From Thermoproteota archaeon (lineage in GTDB: Archaea > Korarchaeota > Korarchaeia > Korarchaeales > Korarchaeaceae), in assembly GCA_015522685.1 (NCBI GenBank), contig WALU01000035.1, positions 32,001-96,000 on the forward strand: a DNA stretch of 64,000 bases. The letters are read 5' to 3'. This document shows, piece after piece, positions 38,326 to 48,190 of the stretch. Position 1 is the stretch's first letter; the number at the start of each line of letters is the position of its first letter. The notes beneath the pieces are model-generated. The model was not told the DNA's origin, searched no databases, and was given only the letters and a program-made list of their open reading frames with translations. The translations under genes were made by a program, and so were the position numbers.

Positions 38326-38570
38326 TTTTCATGAATCCTCTGGAGATAATAGGAACTATCTCCATAGTTGCTGGCGTTTTACTCATCCTAATAGCCTTAT
38401 TACTTCCCCATAAAAAATTCGGAGATTATAGCGTGGGAGGTGTGATATTAATAGGACCTATTCCTATAATATTTGGTAAAAATATAAAAACTTCCCTCCT
38501 AATAATTCTAATAATTGTCTCTCTTTTGATGATGATATTGGTAATTGCGATGATGGGGGCATGGCCATGA
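38322..38570 (+). CDS. DUF131 family membrane protein
   Basis: GGVILIGPIPIIFG signature. Confidence 0.85.
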   Translation: MIFMNPLEIIGTISIVAGVLLILIALLLPHKKFGDYSVGGVILIGPIPIIFGKNIKTSLLIILIIVSLLMMILVIAMMGAWP

Positions 38571-38857
38571 GCGAGCCCTATGACGAGAAGATCATTGTGA
38601 AGGCCTTCCTTCTGTTTCTAGGAGTCTCTCTTATAATAATGGGCTTCTTCGCCCTTGCAATATCCCAAGCAGCCACTCAAGCTGCTCAGCCTAGCGAAGG
38701 AGGAAGCTTCATAGTTATAGTAGGACCGTTCATATTAGCTATGGGAAAGAATGTATCTCCCATCATTACAATAGCACTAGTGATTATTTCAATAGCTTTT
38801 ATTATCCTTTTAGTATATCTATCAAAGAAGTTCCTCGGTGGTGTTTCATGGGGCTAG
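38561..38857 (+). CDS. DUF131-like membrane protein (divergent paralogue)
   Basis: GGSFIVIVGPFILAMG between TM helices. Confidence 0.65.
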   Translation: MAMSEPYDEKIIVKAFLLFLGVSLIIMGFFALAISQAATQAAQPSEGGSFIVIVGPFILAMGKNVSPIITIALVIISIAFIILLVYLSKKFLGGVSWG

Positions 38858-39474
38858 AGATATTCTTATCACTTGATCTAATTTCCCTAAACGAAGCTCT
38901 CAAGATAGCTAAACTAGCGGTAAAGGCTGGATTTAAGGAAATAGAAGCAGGAACTCCTCTGATAAAGTCAGAAGGGATGATCTCCGTCAAATCTCTAAGA
39001 AAGGAGCTTCCTGAAAGTAAGATCTTTGCGGATATGAAGACTATGGATACAGGAGCATTAGAGGCAGACTTAGCATTCGAATCTGGAGCGGACATTATAA
39101 GCGTAATGGCTGCTGCTCCTGATGAGACGATAAAAGAAGCCATAAAAAAAGCTGATGAGGTTGGAAAAGAAGTTTTAGTAGACACTTTAGGGTTAAAAGA
39201 AATTACATCTAGGCTTAGGGAAATAGTAGGTATGGGAATCCATAGAATTTGCCTCCATAGGGGAGTAGACGAGGGGATATTTGAAGAATATGATCTACTA
39301 GATAGTCTAAAGGAAATGGACGTCAAATTAGGAGTTGCTGGTGGTATAAATGCATCTACGATTCCCAATGTGATTAGGAAAGCCGACTTCGTTATGGTGG
39401 GAAGGGCAATAACAAAATCCACCAATCCAGAGAACGCTGCTAGGGGTATACTAAAGGCTGCCGGTCTGCTTTAA
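38848..39474 (+). CDS. 3-hexulose-6-phosphate synthase (HUMPS family)
   Basis: LSLD, IEAGTPLIKSEG, FADMKTMDTG.LEA, H.GVD, VAGGI, VGRAIT. Confidence 0.88.
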   Translation: MGLEIFLSLDLISLNEALKIAKLAVKAGFKEIEAGTPLIKSEGMISVKSLRKELPESKIFADMKTMDTGALEADLAFESGADIISVMAAAPDETIKEAIKKADEVGKEVLVDTLGLKEITSRLREIVGMGIHRICLHRGVDEGIFEEYDLLDSLKEMDVKLGVAGGINASTIPNVIRKADFVMVGRAITKSTNPENAARGILKAAGLL

Positions 39475-39486
39475 TGAGAGAACAAT

Positions 39487-42381
39487 TTATCTTCTCCTTC
39501 TTTTCCTAGATGTGATTTTTCTCTTTATCGCTTCTGTCTCTGTTTTAGCTAGCTCTGCAAGGAATTCATCATCTAAGTATGGGTGTTTAGATAGCAGGCC
39601 TTCTATATCAACAGAATCTACTCCCCTGGCAGCCATAGCTACTATCGCTGGAATGCCATATTTCTCGGTCAGGATCCCAAATTCATGAACTTTATTTGCT
39701 AATTCCCAATTACCCACTGACGGCTTTCCTTTAGCTCTAGATTCGCTTACATATTTCCTAGCTTCTGTAGCCCAATAGCCAGTTACTGCTGCGATCCTCT
39801 TACTCCCACATACCGGACATCTCGGTACGTCTTCTAAATCCAGTAGACCAGACACAGTTACATCCATACTCCATTTCCAGCAGTTAGAGCATACTAGGGT
39901 TAGCTGTTGGGACAATATTCTATATTTGAAGCTCTCCAGCAACTTCTTGTTCAGTTCTGATGGAGGAATCAATTCAAGCGGAAGACCTGATTTCTCTAGT
40001 CCAAGAGATGCTAGAGGACTTGGACCTCTTTTTTCTGATAGAACTAGATTCAATTTGCCATCCTTTATAGCCTTAAGAAGCAACGACGTCAATTCCACAT
40101 CAAAGTCCTTAGTTAACGTTTCTCTTAAGGCCTCTTCATATATAGGCGTCTCTTCATACGCTAAGGCCAACTTCCTTAGGCTTATCACTTTAGAGCTAGC
40201 ACTATCCCTTATTAGGCCCATCCTCTTAGCAACTTGAAGTAGCTTTATTCTGAAAAAAGAGCTCTCTTCTACAGCTTTTACAAGTAAAGGCTCATAGTTT
40301 CTCCTAAGAAGCCTATTTAAGGCCTCCTTAACTGCTTCCTTCTCCACACCCATTATGGTAATCCTATATGGATCTTCAGTAACTCTAACACCTACTTTGA
40401 ACTCTAAGGATATAAGGAAAGCTAGCGCTCTTCCTAATGTTCTATTAACTAAGTTACCTTGAGTCGAGTGAATAATGGTTCCTGATCCTGATATTCCTTC
40501 TATGACTATTTTTCTATCTGTAGATAGAGGATATCCTCTATCTATGTGCTCCTTCAGAATATCAAGGGATCTCCTTAGATCCTCTTCCCTTGCTGCCTTG
40601 TATACTGAGGCCAATCTTTTAACAAGGTATTCCATCTCTCCTTCTCCTTTAAGGTACGCCTCTTCAAATGCTCTCCTTATGCTACCTACTTCTAAAGCTG
40701 TCTCCCTTGATACAGGCAGCTGCTCTCCAATCCAGCTAGGAACTGATCCAGCAGGATCAAAGACTTGTTCTACGTAAACCCTGGCAGCTTCTATCCTATT
40801 AACTCTCCATACGGATCCTCTAAAAACAAATTTTACACCGGGAAGGAGGCACTCTAGAACGAACGTTTCATCCAACTGACCTACGTAAAATCCTGTCATT
40901 TCATCTATTACTGGATAAGAGGCAGTATCTGGAATCGTGGATATATTAGTAAAGAAGTATTCATGGATGTGATATCCTCTATATCTCTTTATGGAGTCCT
41001 CTATGTCATCATACCATAAAATTCGAGGCCAAGCCTTAGACATGAAAGAAAACAGCTTCCTCACTTCTTCCAAGCTAAGTCCTCTATAGGGCCATGCCCT
41101 CCTGGCAATATTAACTAGTTCAGCCAATCTTATACTGCCCTTTCTGATCAGCAATCCAATGGCATTATGATATAAGACGTCGTACGATTTCTCAAAGGGT
41201 CTAATCCTTTCTAAATCTCCTTGTAACGATCTTCTAGCTAAAACTATAGATTCTAAGTAATCATCCGGATCTTGTGCTACTATCACACCTTTAGCTATTC
41301 TTTGAGGCCCATGTCCAGATCTACCCACTCTCTGGAGAAGCTTTGTAGCTTGACGAGGGGAGCCGTACTGCACAACCATATCTACGTAGCCAATGTCTAT
41401 TCCGAGTTCTAATGAGCTTGTACTTACTATAGCAGATAGCTCTCCTTTTTTAAGAAGAGATTCACTTTCTACCCTAGCATCTTTTGACAATGAGCTATGA
41501 TGAACATGTATTTTTAATTTATCAGAAAGCTTCTTTACCCTATATCCTAAGGCTTCTGCCATTGATCTGGTGTTTGTGAAAACAATAACTGATTTTACTC
41601 CTTTAATTAAATCTGCTAATAACCTAACCCTAGCTGCTATCTTAGGTTCCAATAGGAGAGATTTGGATAATTTTACATCTTTTTTCTCGATTTTAGGATA
41701 AATTACTCGGATCTCCATACTCCTGTTCTCCTTTGATATCACCGGTCTACCCTTTCTTCCATGAGCGAAGTATCCAAGAGCTATCTCTGGATTTCCAAGA
41801 GAGGCAGAGAGTAGTATCCTCTGAAATTCACTTTTAGTGATCTTTTTAAGCATTTCCAACGTTAGAGCAAGTTGTACCCCTCTCTTATCATCTATTAATT
41901 CATGAACCTCGTCTATTATGACATATTTTACTGTTTCAAGCCATTTAGATATCTTAGGTCCTGTAAGTATTATTAAGAGAGTTTCGGGCGTTGTAATGAG
42001 TATGTCTGGAGGGTTCTCGGATTGCTTCGCTCTTTCACTTTTAGGCGTATCTCCATGTCTTACTCCTACTATCATGCCGCAATTTTGTGACCAGTAAGTA
42101 ATTCTCTCCTCAAGGTCCCTGTTGAGCGCTCTTAAAGGCGTTATGTAAAGGAGCTTAAATCCTTTCTTTTCTCCTTCCTCTTCTCTCATTCTAGTTATAA
42201 TAGGCCATAGAGCAGCTTCTGTCTTTCCTGATCCAGTAGGAGAAACCAGTAGAATGCTCTCTCCCTTTAAAATATGAGGAATGGCTAATTTTTGTATATC
42301 AGTTAATCGGCGAACTCCTTTATCTATTACAGCTTCTTTCAGGCATTTTGGAAAAATATAAAACAATTTATTATAATTCAT
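39487..42381 (-). CDS. lhr: Lhr-like SF2 helicase with C-terminal Cys-rich motif
   Basis: SPTGSGKTE, YITPLRALNRD, RHGDT, TTPETL, IDEVH, LSAS, TSSLELGIDIG, QRVGRSGH, PSWIGE; CSNC/CPVC near C-terminus. Confidence 0.93.
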   Translation of the reverse strand: MNYNKLFYIFPKCLKEAVIDKGVRRLTDIQKLAIPHILKGESILLVSPTGSGKTEAALWPIITRMREEEGEKKGFKLLYITPLRALNRDLEERITYWSQNCGMIVGVRHGDTPKSERAKQSENPPDILITTPETLLIILTGPKISKWLETVKYVIIDEVHELIDDKRGVQLALTLEMLKKITKSEFQRILLSASLGNPEIALGYFAHGRKGRPVISKENRSMEIRVIYPKIEKKDVKLSKSLLLEPKIAARVRLLADLIKGVKSVIVFTNTRSMAEALGYRVKKLSDKLKIHVHHSSLSKDARVESESLLKKGELSAIVSTSSLELGIDIGYVDMVVQYGSPRQATKLLQRVGRSGHGPQRIAKGVIVAQDPDDYLESIVLARRSLQGDLERIRPFEKSYDVLYHNAIGLLIRKGSIRLAELVNIARRAWPYRGLSLEEVRKLFSFMSKAWPRILWYDDIEDSIKRYRGYHIHEYFFTNISTIPDTASYPVIDEMTGFYVGQLDETFVLECLLPGVKFVFRGSVWRVNRIEAARVYVEQVFDPAGSVPSWIGEQLPVSRETALEVGSIRRAFEEAYLKGEGEMEYLVKRLASVYKAAREEDLRRSLDILKEHIDRGYPLSTDRKIVIEGISGSGTIIHSTQGNLVNRTLGRALAFLISLEFKVGVRVTEDPYRITIMGVEKEAVKEALNRLLRRNYEPLLVKAVEESSFFRIKLLQVAKRMGLIRDSASSKVISLRKLALAYEETPIYEEALRETLTKDFDVELTSLLLKAIKDGKLNLVLSEKRGPSPLASLGLEKSGLPLELIPPSELNKKLLESFKYRILSQQLTLVCSNCWKWSMDVTVSGLLDLEDVPRCPVCGSKRIAAVTGYWATEARKYVSESRAKGKPSVGNWELANKVHEFGILTEKYGIPAIVAMAARGVDSVDIEGLLSKHPYLDDEFLAELAKTETEAIKRKITSRKRRRR

Positions 42382-42534
42382 TTAATGATTTCACCACTTC
42401 GGGTTCTCCTACTTCCTATATCAATTGGCAGTAAAGTGCACAAGGTTGATAAGCTTTTTTAACTCAGTTATAACTTCATATATGGGTAGTCCCAGCTACA
42501 GTTCTGAGAAACCCAATGGTAAGAGGTGATATAT

Positions 42535-44193
42535 ATGTCCGTTGCTGGAGGTGCCGGAGGAGCTGGAGGTGAAGGTGCCGGAGGAGCGATCCCCGTCCTA
42601 ATATTAAAGGAAGGGACTTCTAGAACTAGAGGGAGAGAGGCGCTTAGACTCAATATTACTGTAGCCAAAACTATAGCTGATACAATCAGGACTTCTCTCA
42701 GTCCAAAAGGCATGCAAAAGATGTTAGTTGACCCATTTGGAGATGTGATAATAACGCATGATGGCGCTACGATAATGAAGGAGATAGAAATAGAGCATCC
42801 TACTGCTAAGATGATGGTAGATCTAGCTAAATCTCAGGAACAGGAAGCAGGAGATGGTACTACTACTGTTGTTCTCCTAGCCGGTGAACTATTAGCTAAG
42901 GCTGAGGATCTATTGGATATGGGTATCCATCCCACCGTCATAATTTCTGGTTACAGAAAAGCTTCAGAGAAAGCCATTGAGTATCTAAGTGAAATTTCTA
43001 TGAAAGTTCAGTGGAACGATAGAGAACTGTTGAAAAAGATAGCTAAGCTAGCTATGAGTAGCAAATCTGTGAGGGTCGCTCAAGACTATTTAGCTAACCT
43101 AGTAGTAGATGCAGCCTTACAAGTTGTTGAGGAGAGGGATGGGAAGAGAATAGTAGATCTAGATAACATAAAACTAGAGAAGAAGGAAGGAGGTTCTCTC
43201 TTCGATACTAAGCTAATAAGGGGAATTGCGATAGATAAGGAAGTGGTACATCCTAGGATGCCTAGGAGTATTGAGAATGCTAAGATATCGTTAATAGAGA
43301 GCGCGCTCGAGATAAAGAAGCCAGAGCTCTCTTCTAAGATAAGGGTTACCTCTCCATCACAGGTAAAAGGATTTCTAGATCAAGAAAAACAAATATTGGC
43401 TGAGTTAGTTGAAAAGATTGCTGCTACTGGCGCTAACGTGGTCTTCTGCCAGAAGGGAATAGACGATATTGCTCAGCATTTCCTAGCTAAGCATAGCATA
43501 CTAGCAGTTAGAAGGGTAAGGAAATCTGATATGGAGAAACTAGCAAAGGCCACCGGAGCCAAGATCGTTGTTAACGTTAAAGAGATATCGGAGAGGGATC
43601 TAGGATACTCTGGGCTTGTTGAGGAAAGGAGGGTCGGAGATGACAAGATGGTCTTTGTGGAAGGCTGCAGGGATCCAAGGGCTGTAAGCATATTGATAAG
43701 AGGTGGAGAAAAGCAGATGATAGATGAAGCAGAAAGAAACCTTCATGATGCATTGAGTGTTGTCAGAAACGTTATAGAGGATGAGGAGATAGTTGTGGGA
43801 GCAGGTGCGGCTTGGATTGATCTAGTGCTTAAACTGAAAGATTATGCAGTGCAGCTAGGCGGTAAAGAACAGAACGTAATAGAAAAATTTGCGGAAGCTT
43901 TAGAGTCCATACCTAAGACCCTAATAGAGAACGCTGGTCATGATCCAATAGTGAAGCTAGCCGAGCTTAGAAAGGCTCATGCTGAAGGAAGAAAAGAGTA
44001 TGGGTTCAATATATATACGGGAGACATAGAGAACATGTATAAAAAAGATGTAATAGAACCAGAAAGAGTTATAAGAAGAGCCATTGAATCAGCTTCAGAG
44101 TTTGCCACCACGCTCCTCAAGATAGACGATATAATAGCAGCAGCAGGTAAGAAGTTTGAGCCGGGGCCGGGAAAGAGTAGAGGCATCGAGTAA
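42535..44193 (+). CDS. ths: Thermosome subunit (group II chaperonin)
   Basis: PVLILKEG, PKGM.KMLVD, DGATI, GDGTTT, VFCQKGIDD, LKIDDII. Confidence 0.96.
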   Translation: MSVAGGAGGAGGEGAGGAIPVLILKEGTSRTRGREALRLNITVAKTIADTIRTSLSPKGMQKMLVDPFGDVIITHDGATIMKEIEIEHPTAKMMVDLAKSQEQEAGDGTTTVVLLAGELLAKAEDLLDMGIHPTVIISGYRKASEKAIEYLSEISMKVQWNDRELLKKIAKLAMSSKSVRVAQDYLANLVVDAALQVVEERDGKRIVDLDNIKLEKKEGGSLFDTKLIRGIAIDKEVVHPRMPRSIENAKISLIESALEIKKPELSSKIRVTSPSQVKGFLDQEKQILAELVEKIAATGANVVFCQKGIDDIAQHFLAKHSILAVRRVRKSDMEKLAKATGAKIVVNVKEISERDLGYSGLVEERRVGDDKMVFVEGCRDPRAVSILIRGGEKQMIDEAERNLHDALSVVRNVIEDEEIVVGAGAAWIDLVLKLKDYAVQLGGKEQNVIEKFAEALESIPKTLIENAGHDPIVKLAELRKAHAEGRKEYGFNIYTGDIENMYKKDVIEPERVIRRAIESASEFATTLLKIDDIIAAAGKKFEPGPGKSRGIE

Positions 44194-44194
44194 A

Positions 44195-44455
44195 TTGAGC
44201 AAAAACAGCGATCTACTAGGGCCAAAAAGGCTCACAAAATTTGAGAAGATAAGGATCATTTCTATAAGAGCCCAGCAGATCGCATCCGGCTCTCCTCTAT
44301 TTTTAGAAGAAAGTGAGATACCTGAGGGAGTAACGGACCCTGTAGAACTTGCTAAATTGGAGATAAAGAAAGGCAAATTACCTCTTATACTTGAGAGGAG
44401 GCAAGGAGAGAAAGTATCCCTGCTAGATCTGAGAGAGCTTCTCAAGAAAGAGTAA
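44195..44455 (+). CDS. rpoK: RNA polymerase subunit Rpo6/K
   Basis: LTKFEK.RII..RA.QIA.G.P, LA..E...GKLPL; TTG start right after the ths stop. Confidence 0.92.
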   Translation: MSKNSDLLGPKRLTKFEKIRIISIRAQQIASGSPLFLEESEIPEGVTDPVELAKLEIKKGKLPLILERRQGEKVSLLDLRELLKKE

Positions 44456-44552
44456 CTTTTTTAATTGTTGAATATCTATTGAGATACAGCTCGCCCTCCA
44501 GGCTCCCCACTAAAAGAGGCGGGCCTACACTAGATAAGAGGTGATAGGAAAA

Positions 44553-44834
44553 ATGGTGGCTGAGGAAGGAATTGTCTATGTTGGTAAGAAGCCTGCTATC
44601 AATTACGTTATGGCTACTACCCTTCAGATAAATAGGGGCGTAAAGAAGATCGTCTTAAAGGCTAGAGGAAGATCTATATCCAGAGCAGTAGATGTTGCTG
44701 AGATTACGAGGCTTAAATATTTCCCTGGTAAGATAAAGATCACCGATCTCAGGACAGGCACTGAAGAAATAACGGACGAAAACGGTAGCAGGAGAGATAT
44801 AAGTGTTATAGAGATCGAGCTCACCCAGGCGTGA
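44553..44834 (+). CDS. albA: DNA/RNA-binding protein Alba
   Basis: VYVGKKP..NYV, LKARGRSISRAVDVAE, IS.IEI.L. Confidence 0.95.
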   Translation: MVAEEGIVYVGKKPAINYVMATTLQINRGVKKIVLKARGRSISRAVDVAEITRLKYFPGKIKITDLRTGTEEITDENGSRRDISVIEIELTQA

Positions 44835-44909
44835 GCCCGGGGGGAGATCCCCCTTAACCAATTTTTGAGAAAATTCTTATTACTTCCAAGGTTAGGGAAC
44901 CGATCGCTC

Positions 44910-46532
44910 ATGAAATCTGAGAAAAAACCACAATTTTGGCTTGATAAAATCGCTCAGGATATTATAGATAGAAGAGAAAAGCTGAATCGGAAAGTTGATG
45001 TACTCAGGGTTGAATCAGGCATAGGAGCAAGTGGTTTTCCGCATATAGGATCTGTTGGAGATTCATTAAGGGCCTATGGGATTAAACTCGCTTTGGAAAA
45101 TCTTGGCTATAAGAGCGAGTTAATAGCCTATAGCGATGATAGAGATGGACTGAGAAAGATTCCTGTTGGGGTTCCCAAGGAATACTCCAAGTATATAGGG
45201 ATGCCAGTCAGCGAAATACCTGATCCTTGGGGCTGTCATTCAAGCTATGGGGAGCATATAAGTTCTATGCTTATAGAGGCGTTAGAGAAACTAGGAATAG
45301 AATTTACATTTATTTCTGGAACCGAAGCTTACAAGTCGGGTCTTCTAGATAAGCAGATATCTAGACTACTTGCTAACAGTGGTAAGGTAGATAGGATAAT
45401 TAGGGAGGAGGTTGGGTCAAGTAAGCCAGAAGGATGGGTTCATTATTGGCCGAGGTGTGAGAAATGTGGGAGGATATATACGACAAGGGTCATCAAGGTA
45501 ATTCCTGAAGAGAGTAAGGTCATCTATGCATGCGATCAGGAGTTCAAAGGAATAAAGGGATGTGGTTATGTAGGAGAAGCCTCTTATTTGAGGGGTGACG
45601 GTAAGCTCTCTTGGAAGGGAGAATTTGCAGCTAGATGGGCAGCTCTTGGCATAGTCTTTGAACCACATGGGAAAGATATTACTGATTCCTTCAGAGTAAA
45701 TGCCCGTATATCTAGGGAGATTCTAGATTATGAGCCCCCTATGACGGTAATGTATGAAATGTTCTTAGACTCCACTAAGAGAAAGATAAGCAAGAGTATA
45801 GGTAATGTAATTACCCCTCAAATGTGGATGAAATTCTCTCCACCAGAGGCTCTTAGGATGCTTATGTTTAAGAGATACCGTAGTACTAGGAGCATATCTC
45901 TCCAGAGATCTCCTCTTTACATCAATGAGCTGGAAAATGGCGTAAGGAAGTACCATAACTTAGAGAGAATCAGGAGCGAAAGAGACAAGATGACCCTGAA
46001 AAGACTGATGGAGTATACCTACCTAATGAAGGGGGTCCCTACTCCTTGGCCGTATAGGTACACTGCAGTATTGAACGTCGTTGCTATGCTCCCGAGAGAT
46101 ATAAAATTTGATGATCTATTAGGGGTTGTAGCAGATCTAATCTCTAAGTATTATGATATTGAACCTAAATCGCTCTTAAGTGAGGAGATGTTTAGAAGAT
46201 ATGTGTACTATGCAAGGAATTACGTAGAGAGCTTCGGTACTAGTGAGATAGAAAGGATAGAAATAGATGATTCTTTGCTAAATGCAATAGATTCTTTTGT
46301 AAAGAGACTGAAGAATGATATGGGAGAGGAAGTTATCCAAGACCTAGCTTTTAATACTGCTAGAGAATTGAGAGTATCAGTAAAAGCGTTTTTCCAAGCC
46401 ATATATATGGTGCTACTCGGTCAGCCTCAAGGTCCAAAGCTTGGTCCTCTACTAAGAAGGATTGGCATAGATAGATTTAAAAAGTTATACAGTCGATCAT
46501 TAGAGGAAGGTAAAATTGCCAGAAAAAGATGA
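44910..46532 (+). CDS. lysS: Lysine--tRNA ligase, class I
   Basis: SG.PHIG, DGLRK, Zn motifs, KLSWK, FEP.GKD, KISKS.GN, GPKLG. Confidence 0.94.
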   Translation: MKSEKKPQFWLDKIAQDIIDRREKLNRKVDVLRVESGIGASGFPHIGSVGDSLRAYGIKLALENLGYKSELIAYSDDRDGLRKIPVGVPKEYSKYIGMPVSEIPDPWGCHSSYGEHISSMLIEALEKLGIEFTFISGTEAYKSGLLDKQISRLLANSGKVDRIIREEVGSSKPEGWVHYWPRCEKCGRIYTTRVIKVIPEESKVIYACDQEFKGIKGCGYVGEASYLRGDGKLSWKGEFAARWAALGIVFEPHGKDITDSFRVNARISREILDYEPPMTVMYEMFLDSTKRKISKSIGNVITPQMWMKFSPPEALRMLMFKRYRSTRSISLQRSPLYINELENGVRKYHNLERIRSERDKMTLKRLMEYTYLMKGVPTPWPYRYTAVLNVVAMLPRDIKFDDLLGVVADLISKYYDIEPKSLLSEEMFRRYVYYARNYVESFGTSEIERIEIDDSLLNAIDSFVKRLKNDMGEEVIQDLAFNTARELRVSVKAFFQAIYMVLLGQPQGPKLGPLLRRIGIDRFKKLYSRSLEEGKIARKR

Positions 46533-47019
46533 AAGGATAAGAAACTTGCTTCAATTGCGTGCCTATCTGAAAAGAAGGATAGATAAGCTAGAGAAGGAAA
46601 TCTTGAGGCTGAGGCAAATGATGGAAGCATTGGATGATGTACTCTTAGAACAAACGCTTGTTACAGCTGATAAACTAAGAGTTTCATTGGGATCTAGATT
46701 GGAACCTAGAAAGGAAAAGAACTTAGAAGAGAGAGAAGTAGTTTCTGACAATGGCGTAACGTTAGGAGTTGCTAAGGTAGATAAAAGTAGTGGTTCTCTG
46801 ATATTTATTCCATCTAAGGATATATTAATTAATGCTAAGGAGAGGCCCATAAGTTCCTTTCTTGCCAGGAAAATAGAGGAATATGGGGGAAAGTGCGAAA
46901 TAGAGGAGTTTCCTGATGGAAAATTAAAGACCCTGAAGATAAAAATAAGATCTTTAAATGATTTAAAAAAAATATTCAGGTTACTTAAATGGGCTGTTAT
47001 AAAATCTGCAGTTCAGTAA
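46516..47019 (+). CDS. Hypothetical protein with N-terminal coiled coil
   Basis: Heptad-rich N-terminal 50 aa then alpha/beta region; overlaps the lysS stop. Confidence 0.75.
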   Translation: MPEKDERIRNLLQLRAYLKRRIDKLEKEILRLRQMMEALDDVLLEQTLVTADKLRVSLGSRLEPRKEKNLEEREVVSDNGVTLGVAKVDKSSGSLIFIPSKDILINAKERPISSFLARKIEEYGGKCEIEEFPDGKLKTLKIKIRSLNDLKKIFRLLKWAVIKSAVQ

Positions 47020-48188
47020 ATAATTCCTTCTATCACACCGATGGCGCGATCAATAAAGTTCCAGTTTTCATATTTTTTCCTAAAGTGAGTAGTTTTTCTC
47101 AAAAATTTTGAGTGAAAGGATCTTATTGCCTTGAAAAAGTCAGTTTTTATAGAACTTTGTTCTAGAAGTATGCCTAGTCCCATATCCTGAACGCTTTTAG
47201 CATTCTCTATTTTCTCAGTTTGACCTGGAACAGGTATCAGTAGAAGAGGCTTACCACATACCAATGCCTCTGAAATTGTGGTATGCCCTGCCCTAGATAC
47301 TACGACTTTAGCCCTGCTTAGATATTCCCATTTATCTGGTAACCAGCTGTATACTGTAACGTTGCCTGATAGTTTGAGAACTCCATTCTTTCTAGGATCG
47401 CCCAAAGAGATAATGAATCTATAGTCCTCAAGATCGGGAGGAATATTTTTAGCTAAATCTAAGATGCTCTCTGCTAAGGATTCCCTTTCTCTCTTTGGAC
47501 CAGATATCATAACCAAGATAATATTCTCAGGTTCATATTGTTTGCATTTCGGCTGAATAAGAGGACCTGAGAACACCACCCTATCATTTAGAGGTTTAGG
47601 TAAGTCGCTTGTGTGAAATCTAGATATACTGTCATTAGGAGGAAAGTCTGCTATTATTGAAGCATAAGCTAGCCCCCAGAACCTAGTGATTGCTGAATTA
47701 ACTAATTTTTCAAAAATTTTTATTGCTATTGATATATCTCCCAAGTTTCTATTAATGGGAATTGCTTTATAAAATAAGGGAGAGAGGAGAAGTTTAGGCT
47801 GATTCAGTATCACTACGCTAGATACTCCTAGATATTGAGAAGCCATGAGAGTTGATGCGCGGGAGTCTGAGATTACTATATCCGGTGAGATGTACTCGAT
47901 ATTTTCCTTTTCCTTCCTTAAATGCTCTATGAATTTCCTAAAATCAGATAGACTACTTAGAGTCTTTTTTATATCTGGCTGGCCATTCGGTTTTTGCTTC
48001 CAGATTATTTCTTCACCTCCTTTGATTAGATCGGCCTCTGGCATGGTTCTCTGAATGTACTCTATTGCATCTCCGTAGGCTGAAAAGAAAATTCGGAAAC
48101 CCTCTTTATCAAGTCTCTTAGCTAGACTAACACATCTGGAAGCATGACCAAATCCTATTCCAAGGGGAGAGATATATGCTTTTAGCAT
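47013..48188 (-). CDS. GT-B glycosyltransferase, family 28/MurG-like
   Basis: GIGFGHASR, VISDS, VSRAGHTTISE, PVPGQTEK..NA. Confidence 0.85.
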   Translation of the reverse strand: MLKAYISPLGIGFGHASRCVSLAKRLDKEGFRIFFSAYGDAIEYIQRTMPEADLIKGGEEIIWKQKPNGQPDIKKTLSSLSDFRKFIEHLRKEKENIEYISPDIVISDSRASTLMASQYLGVSSVVILNQPKLLLSPLFYKAIPINRNLGDISIAIKIFEKLVNSAITRFWGLAYASIIADFPPNDSISRFHTSDLPKPLNDRVVFSGPLIQPKCKQYEPENIILVMISGPKRERESLAESILDLAKNIPPDLEDYRFIISLGDPRKNGVLKLSGNVTVYSWLPDKWEYLSRAKVVVSRAGHTTISEALVCGKPLLLIPVPGQTEKIENAKSVQDMGLGILLEQSSIKTDFFKAIRSFHSKFLRKTTHFRKKYENWNFIDRAIGVIEGIIY

Positions 48189-48190
48189 TC

